Below are positions 22,801 through 31,206 of a stretch of DNA of 32,900 nucleotides, in pieces. A program made the position numbers and the translations under genes. Origin of the DNA: Catajapyx aquilonaris (lineage: Eukaryota); NCBI GenBank assembly GCA_000934665.2, contig JYFJ02004339.1, forward strand, positions 1 through 32,900, given 5' to 3'. The notes under the pieces were generated by a model. The model was not told where the DNA came from and searched no databases. It saw only the letters and a list, made by a program, of their open reading frames with translations. How positions within the stretch are numbered: the first letter of the stretch is position 1; each line of letters opens with the position of its first letter.

Positions 22801-25800
22801 GACCTGTGGCGGCAGGGCCAATCAGTCTAGACGGGGATCCTGGCGTGGTTGATACCAAGGGACCGAGTCCACTGGGCAAGTTGAAGGCTGAGCTGCTCGG
22901 GGTGCCTCCAATTCCACCAGCACCTGTTAATGTGAGGTTGGCGATGCTGGAGCCCAGTGATGCCAAAGGGTCCGCTTGGGGTGGAGGGAACAGCTGTCCG
23001 GCAATAGAGGACGGGTTGAAGGCGGCTTCCAGGCCTCGTGGAGTTCGTATCACACCTGGGGGTGGCTGCCTGGGCTTGGCCAGGAGGACACTGCAGTTGG
23101 TGATTATCATCCCAATGGTTTCATTCAGTTCTTGTGACACCGACCTGAAACAAACATTTTGTCATTTGGCCAATTCATCACAAAAACGTCACAAGGGTAT
23201 AACAAGCCACGAAAAGACTTAACTCAGATGCAGCTAAAACAGCGGCATAAACATTAAACATACCCTGCACACGAACTGAGGCACACCAGCATAATATTGA
23301 GTGTCTCCAGGGGAAGCTGAGTTGCCTTGGGAAGGTTCTCCTCTTTTAGCAGTCCACCCATCACTTGGGGTACTCTCCTTTGTAGAAACTTAACACAGGA
23401 TGACACAAAGGGCTCCCCATGCTCCCTAATTTTGTCTGTGAGCCACTTCTCTAACTTCAGGTACTCCCTCCTAGATGCTAGGCAGGCGAGGTCAATTACA
23501 AATGGAAAAGGCTGTGCATTGAGGAGCATTGAGAGGGCTTTCAGGTCCTGCGCCAGGTCCAGGATGCGCGACAAACGGCTCTGATCGTTCTCCCCACGCA
23601 TGTACCAGTCAGCCATGGCATGGATCACCACTGGCTTGACGGAAGTATTCTGGGAGTGCCAAGAACTGTGTAGGATTATGGTGGAATTGGGATGGTTGCC
23701 CAGAAAGATCGGTATTAAGCTGGCCAGAAGTTCTTGACGCAGCATCGTCATGGGCGAAGACATCTGCAACTAACAAGTTACACCAGTCACACTATTTCAC
23801 ACCTCTAAAAGAATTAACTGTAGCAAATCCATTACAGCTCAATAGAAAGTAAGACTTCAAGTTGTCACAATGTGTCTATAACAACCAGCCAAATCACAGA
23901 GTACTTGCAACAGGTTTTCATGCATTTTCATGTAAAATTTTGATGTGCACAATATCTGATCCTCACCTGTATCAATCCAAGCACCAGAACATCGGGACAG
24001 TGTTGAATTGGAAATTTGAACAGTTCCTGCACTTGGCTGTAGTGTCCGGAATCTGAGAGGTACAAGAGTGCTTCTAAGAGTTCTAATGACTTCCAGGTGG
24101 CAATTTCCTTATTGTCACTCTCTGGCGGTGCTTTCAACACATCCACAGACACCGAATGGTACGGATGATCAGCAAAACAAAATACATCTGGACAACGCAA
24201 ACTCTGCTGGATATAGGACAAGTGACCCTCTGTGTTCTTCCATCTGCGGTAGAGCATCTCGATGGGAAAGGCGTCCACTCGATTTCCTCCTGGTGTTTGA
24301 CCCCCTCCCCCTTGACTCTGAAGGCCAAGTTTGAGGGCAGTCACTAATAATTTGAAGCCTTGTCTGTCTTTCAGGAGGAATGAAGCGTGATCCATCTCAT
24401 ACACCACTTCTTTCCAATTTAATGACGGAACCTGAAGATAGACACATGAGAAATATGTCGAATATATCCAAGATACTTTCAAAAAATCGCCGAATAAGCC
24501 TACTCGATGTTTCTGTAATTATTAGCTTGGTAAACTAGAGAGACGTTGGTAACAAACTTACCACTTCCTGAAGGGCCTGCACAAAGTTCTCAATGTTCCA
24601 AGATGTGGCCTGTCCCTGTTCTCCTCCTCCTCCGCCACTACCACTCCCGGAACTTCCCTTTTCTTTAGAATCATTCCACATGTTTGATGAACTCATATTC
24701 TGCATGGACACCTGCTCCTCCAAGCCAGTATGAGTATTGGCCATCACTCCAATGGTTCGCGCCACTGCCGCCGCAGTGATCTCGCAAGCGACAAACCCAT
24801 TGAGTGTGGACCGACATTCTTCAAGGGTTCCACAAAAGCCGTAGCCCATTTCTAGCACCAAATCCGCCAGGGCGCCCTCCAAAAGGTTGGACGCCATGGC
24901 CACACTCCCTCCTCCGCCGCTGCTACCCCCACTTTCAGACAGGTGGCGCTGATGCTGGTTGGGTGTGTGGCTGAGCAGGCCTTTCCCACACTCTGAAGGA
25001 TGGTCTAAACTTTCCCCGTACAGAAGAGGGGCCAGCACCACTGGGACCAGTTCACGGGTGAAGTCTTTACGGAGGGTGCGCAGAAAAGTATCCCTTGTTT
25101 CTGTGCTCAAAACTGGAAATAAAAATTTGTAAAAGGTTCTTTAAGAGTGCGGCATGTGCAAAACTGCAAACTACTTCCCACTGCCTAAATCTCTGCTTCA
25201 TCTCCCAACAATCACATAAAGTAGCCACACACGGCTATTACTTTACAGTGGATACTGGAGGGCTAAAGACCAATAAATCTAGCGCGGTACTTACCAAATT
25301 GATCCTTAGGTCCTTGTAAGAGACTTATAAGGATGAGATGTAGGAGATCTGGTGTAGTGTCGTGAAGGCCGCCTTCTGGTGGATTACTGCTGCTGTCTGA
25401 AAATTTAAACACATTCATATTGTTATAGTTCGTCATTTCAAATGAACACTTTGTGATTGTCTCACCTGAGTCAATGTAAGATCGAATGAGATCGGGGAGC
25501 TTTTGCCTTACAAAGGTGGCGGCGTGAGATCTGGTCTCGCTGTTGGTCGAGTTGAGGAGGGCGAGCCCAAAGGCCACTTCTTGCACCCTGGTTAGCTTGA
25601 GGTTACGACTCAGTTGAGTCAGCAGTTGTGGCGAAGGCTTCAAAGTCTGCAATGGCAAAAGGTGTAATGGTCACTGTCACTTGCTTTTAAAAAACACAAG
25701 ACTTAGCAGCAATCTCTTTCAAAAAGGCAAAGATGGCCAATGAATGAGTTTCTCGTCTCGAGAGACCACATGTAATGTCCGATAATCCAATATGAAAAAC

Positions 25801-28800
25801 TGCAGTAGCTGCAGCAATGGCCTATTACATCTAACCATACTCACATCTCCTAAATTGCAATTAGTTAACAGTTGCATTGACTTTATTTAGATTGTCCTAG
25901 CAAAGTGACATCTTTATTTTACAGCCTTGGCATCAGAACTAAAAGTGGACGAACTGCCTTTTTCACTGTAATACCTTCACATAATGGTTCTAATGATCTG
26001 CTCACTCGAAGGGTTTGGGAACGTCTCATGAATTTACTATTATGGGAGCTGCTTTCTTTAAATTATCTGAGCTATCTATTCAGATATGGCAGGGTAAGCA
26101 ACAAGAGGTGATTCACACAAAATATGATTGGTCACTGCAATCACATGATCAATGGAATCGACAGTCATAACCATACTGTCCACATCCACTAAACAGTTTA
26201 CCAGCCAGAATCCGCAAAGGACTAGCACAGCATTTTCGTTAGCAGAAGTTGTCAATGACAAAAGAAGAAGAAAAGAAAAAATCGGCTTGAAACATTTCTT
26301 CAGGCCAATTGCCATGATGGTCGGTGATGCACGATATGGGAAACAAGAGAGAGGCAACAGAAAATGAGCAAACCCCATTGACTGCCCCACTGACAGTTCA
26401 AAAATGTCAATACACCTGCTACTGATAACACTCCCCAAAGAATTCTCTCCCAGTTACTATGACAGTTAAAAAATGGCATGTCCATCACCTGCACCGATTG
26501 CCTTGGCAAGCACACTTGAGGGTAACCTTGCGCAATAACCAAGTCGATTTTGCCCAAACCTCTTTCTGTCACTTCTCTTATCTATCCCGTACCCAGCCTT
26601 GTGCTGTTGGGGGCCCCAAAATGTTTGGGTGAGGGTTCACTTTCGGAATATTTTCAAGTCTTTATGCCACTCGAATATCAACCAAATGTGGTCCACTCAA
26701 CAAGTAACTGCCCAAATTTTTAATGTATTTTTTACTGGACTTTGTAATCATGTCCAACTACGGCTTCGTTCTTCCAAATATTCATAATCTACATGTAAAA
26801 AGTAAACATTCACAATTTGAATTGCCATGGACCATGTGTGAAAAAACTTTCCCATTGGTAGTTCAGTAACAGTTCTCAAATAACCGATAATTATTCTGTA
26901 AAGAGCATCGCAGGGCCTGTCCTAGTACAGGCTTCACCATTCAATTGACATTCATTATTCAAAAGTATTGATTGAATTCTGTAGAGAAAGGCAAGCTCAA
27001 TAAACAGTGCAACACATCGACCTAATGCACACGACCAATGCATGCCACATTCCAGCATGAACTACTCACAACTGTACAACAAAACTGATTCTGGCAGCAT
27101 CAGAGCACAATGGATGGAGAGAGTACCTTTTGGTGCTGTAATGGGCTGTCCAATGGGTAGCACAGGTTGGAAACAAAGCTGGGTTTGGTTGGCAATGTTG
27201 CACACTCCTGGATAAGCAGTTGCAATTGGAGTTGCTCCTTGTTGGGCTTCTCAGCAGAAAAGTCCACACTGGAGAACAGGCAACGCAGCAAGTGCCGGTC
27301 TGCTTCCAGGCCGTGCACAGACACCAACTAGAAAGTAGAAAAAGTAACAAAGAGAAAATTAGTCAAGGCCAGTCATATCATCGTAACAGCAGCTGCATAT
27401 AAATCAGGAAATCCTAACAAATTTAATCAAAGTTTTCAATGCCACTCATTGACAATATGGTGCGTTTGCAATTATAATGGATTACAAATGCAGTTAGGTC
27501 AATGAAGCAATACAATTGCCAAATGAATTTTTATTGCCTTGCACTCAGGTAGGATCAAGGAGATATCCTCCCAATATTTACGGTGCATTCCACAAGTACC
27601 AGATGCACCAATTCAAAACAGTTCCAGAAAACATTTCAAAACAAGAGGCTGCGGACAAGGATCAAGGCCGTCTTCTTATGTTTAGTGATAATGAACCGCA
27701 GCCCACACAATGAATGCCAAAAAAATATACTACAGTTGTGCTAAAACTCGAAGGAACCCGCACCACAGAATAAAACATTCGTCAAAGAGGTCGACATTGT
27801 GCTTTTCCCCAGTTTTGAATTGCAGCCACATTTAACCACAAATTTAAGCCAGACAACACAATGAATTAATAAAATTTGAAGGAGCCTTGCTTCAACTATC
27901 CGAATTTAGTAACCAATGGTGTCTATTCCCAGTGGTTACTTCTCGTCAACTCTAATGGGAAAACGACAGGCCAGATTACATCGGCTGTGTCAGTGCGAGT
28001 AGTACCCATTCTAGCTGCAGTTCATGCCATTCATGGACCATTCCAGAAGAAATTTTTACTGACAAACAGACTTGCTTTCTTTTAAGGACATAAATCAAGG
28101 CCTACTACATGACACTTCCCTGATATGCACAAGCCATTTGCACCACAAGACATCACATCTGATGCAATCATCTCGCCTGATGCAGTGTTTCATCTGAAAC
28201 ATTATTTAGGTAAATCGAACACTTCAGTCATCTCGGTATAGAGAGTATTTCAGAAAGATATTGGCAAACTTCCTTCACACCTACATCACCGTTCCAGCAT
28301 CCCCTGTAACGTGAGCTCCAGACGCACCCTGTACAGCAGAGATTTTAGACTAGATGGTAGCACATGGCAATCTGTACATTTCCCACTCTGCCAGCACACA
28401 CACACTTGTTACAAGTAGCTCCTGGTAACTGATAGCAAAACTGACTAGTGGTACACCATTATCATTCCAAGCAAAATCCATTTGGGAAGAAGCTGGCTAT
28501 CAGATGCCCCCAACACAGCTGATCTGAAGACAGAAAGTGGGTCAACATCAAAGAGAGGATGCCTACCCTTTGTCTCCAATTGAGTCTTAGGTTGCAAGCC
28601 TTGTATGGAGGGACACAAACTGTATGGAGTCACCACAAAAGCTTGTTAGTATCTTTCTGACACACCCTCAGACACAAACATTTCGGCCAAAGTACGTATG
28701 ACACCGAGCTGTAGGTCACTATTCATTTCCAATAACATGCGAAATGATGCAATAATGTTGACATCTATAGGCCTACATTCAACACACCAGCTGGACAGAA

Positions 28801-30626
28801 TGAATGAAAGAAGGGGATGACTGAGCAATAAAATGAAACAATATCAATTGTGCCAACTTATCCGGAGACTCTGATTTTGAGCCGGGGAGAACAAGGAAGA
28901 AGAGAGGTTCAGGAGCCAGATGAAGGCAAATGTGGTAGGCCAATCATGCATGCACTGACGTCATGTTTTCACTCAGCCTCACTTGGTCAGATTTTTAGCA
29001 TTACTTGAAAGTGATCCTCTTGTGAGATTGCTTGACTCACATCAGTCAGAATTTCAACTGGTATTTCAGTCATTTCTAAAGCACATTCATTGCATAGGCC
29101 AGTATCTCCCTGCACATTCCGTAAGGATTCTTGATGCACAGAATTTGCTGGAATTTACTAAGACACGAACAAAATTAAATGACTGCCATTGGCTATGTCA
29201 CATGCACCATCTGGTCTGTATCCACTGACAATAGCTTGGCATACACCTGGTGTTCAAATAGCATAATTCCATGTGACAATCGCTCATATTCTAGCAACAT
29301 TATTTTGAACTGTTCAAGCTAAGTGAATTGTTTGATCACGGCCAAGTCTGCTGAATTTTAATTAAGTTAATCCTGTAAAAGGCCGATAATACATGATTAC
29401 CACACCAAGCAATATTCTGTAGATCCCACATGGAAGACAAACCACTCATCAAAATTATCTGCATTCCCTAAGACTGTCCTCAACTTGGCTACATTAGGTG
29501 CCTCATTACTCCCCGTCATACCTGGATAATCGCCTTTGCAACACAATCACAAAAACCTAAAAACAAAGTTCCCGTGAAAACCTACCCTAAATTTCTAGTC
29601 ATCCTCACTGTGTGGTACAAAAAGCTCATGCCCCTCAACCATACTAAACGGCAACAATCTCATTCACCTAATTACACACATTCGTGCCATAAAGTTATTT
29701 ATATGTACACTGGTATGGCCTGAGGCCCATTAGAAACCCAAACATGCAGCCTGATACAGTTGATGAACTTCGCGATCTCAGCTTACACTCACATACAAGA
29801 CATTCCTACCCCTCATTTTCTTTTCCTGGAGCTGGAATCACAAGCATGTGCAAAATAACATGTGTACCGCAAGTTATTGTTTACATCACACAGCTCATTT
29901 ACACCCCATTGTGCATGGGTTCCAATTCCCCAGATAAAACAAATCCTGGCAATGGTGTCACTGAGCCATAACATGATTAGGTGGCACAGTTAGTACTTGT
30001 TATCAAGGCTCCAGTTACAGTCAGGAAATCAACGACTCCAATTTCAAGTATGCAATAATGTGAGGTATGGCTATTGTTTACCATAAGGATGAATTCGGGT
30101 TTCCTCGTGTTTACATTGCGTGCACAGGAATGAATGTTGTGTTTGTCTCAAAGTTGTGGTTTGGCTCTATCATCGTGCATCATTGCAGGTCCTAACAGCA
30201 ACAGTCCAACAACAAAAGCACAAATGGCCATGCAAATATAATTTGATGCATTTCACTGCTCTGAACTAGTCAAGCGTGGCAAACAGCAAAAGCTACAGTG
30301 TACCAGTGATTACGGTAAGGTTCCTATCACTAGCACACCGTAGTTCTGATGGTGATTACGCACTGTGCCGATAGGCCAAAGGTAAACAATGGCGCATGAT
30401 CATGTGGTGAACTTTTACTTTCTAACATTGCACGTTGTACATTGTTGCGCCCTACTAGCGGCTTCTTCCCAATGGCTTGTGGTACATGTCAGCCTCTCCC
30501 AGCGACGCACGTCTCAATACTCACGTGCGTAATCTCTTGCACGCTCCCCTTGTAGTTTCTCTTGTTGAGGCCTGCGACCAAGTAGGCGATCTGTGACAGG
30601 GCAAGAGACAACGGGTCCAGGTTCAT
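7772..30626 (-). CDS. CNOT1: CCR4-NOT transcription complex subunit 1, complete spliced CDS span (29 coding exons, 2502 aa)
   Basis: Translated exons match recalled CNOT1 family sequence from N-terminus [17 protein letters not shown] to C-terminal [24 protein letters not shown]...[18 protein letters not shown]. All 28 introns are GT-AG with consistent phases; exon lengths sum to 7509 nt (divisible by 3). Confidence 0.98.
9199..9333 (-). CDS. CNOT1: CNOT1 coding exon 28 ([35 protein letters not shown])
   Basis: Acceptor TTACAG, donor AA|GTATGT; 135 nt. Confidence 0.96.
9486..9618 (-). CDS. CNOT1: CNOT1 coding exon 27 ([29 protein letters not shown])
   Basis: Acceptor GTGCAG, donor AG|GTATGA; 133 nt. 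Confidence 0.96.
9744..9993 (-). CDS. CNOT1: CNOT1 coding exon 26 ([22 protein letters not shown])
   Basis: Acceptor CTTGCAG, donor G|GTAAGG; 250 nt. Confidence 0.96.
10119..10202 (-). CDS. CNOT1: CNOT1 coding exon 25 ([28 protein letters not shown])
   Basis: Read manually; acceptor TCCTCAG, donor AAG|GTATTG; 84 nt. Confidence 0.94.
10325..10735 (-). CDS. CNOT1: CNOT1 coding exon 24 ([30 protein letters not shown])
   Basis: Acceptor TTACCAG, donor AAG|GTATCA; 411 nt. Confidence 0.96.
10895..11278 (-). CDS. CNOT1: CNOT1 coding exon 23 ([24 protein letters not shown])
   Basis: Acceptor TTTTCAG, donor CAG|GTAATT; 384 nt. Confidence 0.96.
11352..11589 (-). CDS. CNOT1: CNOT1 coding exon 22 ([26 protein letters not shown]..), start of NOT1 superfamily homology domain
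   Basis: Acceptor GTTCCAG, donor CAG|GTTCGT; 238 nt. Confidence 0.94.
13560..13984 (-). CDS. CNOT1: CNOT1 coding exon 21 ([15 protein letters not shown])
   Basis: Acceptor TTCACAG, donor GG|GTAGGG; 425 nt, ends phase 2. Confidence 0.93.
14109..14306 (-). CDS. CNOT1: CNOT1 coding exon 20 ([14 protein letters not shown])
   Basis: Acceptor TTTACAG, donor AAG|GTAAGA; 198 nt. Confidence 0.9.
14377..14604 (-). CDS. CNOT1: CNOT1 coding exon 19 ([29 protein letters not shown]..)
   Basis: Acceptor TTCTAG, donor CCG|GTGAGT; 228 nt. Confidence 0.95.
15475..15615 (-). CDS. CNOT1: CNOT1 coding exon 18 ([30 protein letters not shown])
   Basis: Acceptor TACGCAG, donor AGT|GTAAGT; 141 nt. Confidence 0.93.
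16375..16530 (-). CDS. CNOT1: CNOT1 coding exon 17 ([27 protein letters not shown]..)
   Basis: Acceptor TCTCCAG, donor AGG|GTAATG; 156 nt. Confidence 0.95.
16616..17230 (-). CDS. CNOT1: CNOT1 coding exon 16 (Pro/Gln/Ser/Thr linker, then start of DUF3819/CNOT9-binding domain)
   Basis: Acceptor TTTTCAG, donor AAG|GTTGGT; ends [21 protein letters not shown]; 615 nt. Confidence 0.92.
17300..17662 (-). CDS. CNOT1: CNOT1 coding exon 15 ([36 protein letters not shown])
   Basis: Acceptor CCTAAG, donor GCT|GTAAGT; MIF4G core motifs; 363 nt. Confidence 0.94.
17732..17911 (-). CDS. CNOT1: CNOT1 coding exon 14 ([29 protein letters not shown])
   Basis: Acceptor CCCATAG, donor AAG|GTAGGC; 180 nt. Confidence 0.94.
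18045..18188 (-). CDS. CNOT1: CNOT1 coding exon 13 ([36 protein letters not shown]), start of MIF4G (CAF1/DDX6-binding) domain
   Basis: Read manually; acceptor GTGCAG, donor AAG|GTAATG; 144 nt. Confidence 0.95.
18629..18820 (-). CDS. CNOT1: CNOT1 coding exon 12 (YIEYG.. Thr-rich linker ..ISGR)
   Basis: Acceptor TTTACAG, donor CGG|GTAAGG; 192 nt. Confidence 0.92.
19240..19432 (-). CDS. CNOT1: CNOT1 coding exon 11 ([26 protein letters not shown])
   Basis: Acceptor CTCTAG, donor GAG|GTGAGT; conserved [15 protein letters not shown]; 193 nt. Confidence 0.95.
20319..20443 (-). CDS. CNOT1: CNOT1 coding exon 10 ([41 protein letters not shown])
   Basis: Read manually; acceptor CTCTAG, donor TC|GTAAGT; near-identical to the conserved family motif; 125 nt. 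Confidence 0.95.
21073..21248 (-). CDS. CNOT1: CNOT1 coding exon 9 ([31 protein letters not shown]), start of TTP-binding HEAT region
   Basis: Acceptor GTGCAG, donor AAG|GTGCCA; conserved [13 protein letters not shown]; 176 nt. Confidence 0.93.
22588..23144 (-). CDS. CNOT1: CNOT1 coding exon 8 (Pro/Gly-rich linker with [10 protein letters not shown])
   Basis: Acceptor TTTCAG, donor G|GTGAGT; starts [10 protein letters not shown], contains KPRQPPPGV; 557 nt, phase 2-1. Confidence 0.9.
23264..23763 (-). CDS. CNOT1: CNOT1 coding exon 7 (..[27 protein letters not shown]..)
   Basis: Acceptor TTGCAG, donor GG|GTATGT; conserved HEAT-repeat motifs; 500 nt. Confidence 0.95.
23967..24431 (-). CDS. 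CNOT1: CNOT1 coding exon 6 ([27 protein letters not shown])
   Basis: Acceptor CTTCAG, donor CAG|GTGAGG; 465 nt. Confidence 0.95.
24562..25112 (-). CDS. CNOT1: CNOT1 coding exon 5 (..[27 protein letters not shown])
   Basis: Acceptor TTTCCAG, donor GTG|GTAAGT; conserved PVVLAPLLY and EMGYGFC; 551 nt. Confidence 0.93.
25295..25396 (-). CDS. CNOT1: CNOT1 coding exon 4 ([23 protein letters not shown]...DQF)
   Basis: Acceptor TTTTCAG, donor G|GTAAGT; phase 1-1; 102 nt. Confidence 0.9.
25466..25646 (-). CDS. CNOT1: CNOT1 coding exon 3 (TLKPSPQ...[13 protein letters not shown])
   Basis: Acceptor TTGCAG, donor G|GTGAG; conserved [13 protein letters not shown]; 181 nt. Confidence 0.93.
27127..27327 (-). 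CDS. CNOT1: CNOT1 coding exon 2 ([19 protein letters not shown]...PLQHQK)
   Basis: Acceptor TTTCTAG, donor AAG|GTACTC; conserved [12 protein letters not shown] motif; 201 nt. Confidence 0.95.
30525..30626 (-). CDS. CNOT1: CNOT1 coding exon 1 ([34 protein letters not shown])
   Basis: ATG at 30626; conserved N-terminus; donor GTGAGT; 102 nt. Not in the ORF track because it is short. Confidence 0.95.
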
Positions 30627-30777
30627 AGTTCCATGAACACGGCTCCGAAAGCTTCAAATTGGCTTGAAGCTTTCTTCCTCCGTGGTCTGAGCACGTCTTG
30701 TGCCAGGTGTGAGCTGCTGCTGGTGCGCTTGTTCTTGTGTCTGTAGCGACGACGTCTGCAGACGTACGGGCAGCGTA

Positions 30778-31206
30778 GACTGACCGCTGCCGCTATGGAT
30801 TGGGGCCTACAGAGGAGGACCCTGCTGATCTCTGGGCTTCTTCTTCTGCTGCTGCTGGATGATGGAGAGCCAGCCTCTAGTCTTAGTATCGATAGGACAC
30901 CGGAGTCCAACATCAGGGACTAACTAAAACTATCGAGGGTGTGAGGCTGGGTGGGAAGGGAGGGGGAAAAAGGGTGGGGGAGAGAGAGGGGTGGGATGGG
31001 GGGGGGGANGAGGGAGGGAGAGAGAGAGGGTATGGCTTTTTTAGTCTCTCTCTAGGCTTGGGGAAGAGGGAGGCATCACTATGGGCAACATGGCGATTGG
31101 GGGGATACACACTCTCTGGCAGGGGGGAAGTGACGGGCAAATAGGGGGGACACTGGGTGGGTGGGTACTAGTGCATGTACCGAGAGAGAGAGAGAGAGAG
31201 AGAGAG
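30778..31206 (-). promoter_or_regulatory. Candidate CNOT1 promoter: DRE TATCGATA (30887-30894), Inr-like TCAGTC (30783..30778), G-run/polypurine tract and (GA)n
   Basis: Motifs seen directly. DRE and Inr are established insect core-promoter elements; the TSS position is inferred. The pyrimidine tract ending TTTTAG near 30925 could instead be an acceptor for an upstream non-coding exon. Confidence 0.5.
31182..31206. repeat. (GA)n microsatellite
   Basis: About 12 perfect GA units. Confidence 0.9.

Noticed and set aside
22518..23222. 234-aa plus-strand ORF, and similar plus-strand or alternate-frame ORFs over other exons
   Set aside because: Antisense shadow of GC-rich CNOT1 exon 8; no independent protein motif or promoter.
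26202..26285. Pyrimidine tract + CTAAC + TAG followed by a 20-nt segment and GTAAAC in intron 2
   Set aside because: The tract lies upstream of the branch point, the donor is weak and the length is not 3n; insufficient support.
7851..30524. Intronic snoRNAs in CNOT1 (the human gene hosts H/ACA snoRNAs, as I recall)
   Set aside because: No convincing C/D box pair found; H/ACA RNAs cannot be called reliably by eye and need an Infernal/Rfam search.
30623..31140. Chain of minus-strand ORFs linked by TGATG and ATGA overlaps (75 aa, 96 aa, CNOT1), resembling translational coupling
   Set aside because: The first ORF has no ATG start and is low-complexity G-run sequence; the 96-aa ORF starts upstream of the DRE and has no recognisable homology. 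Only the terminal M-E-L mini-uORF was kept.
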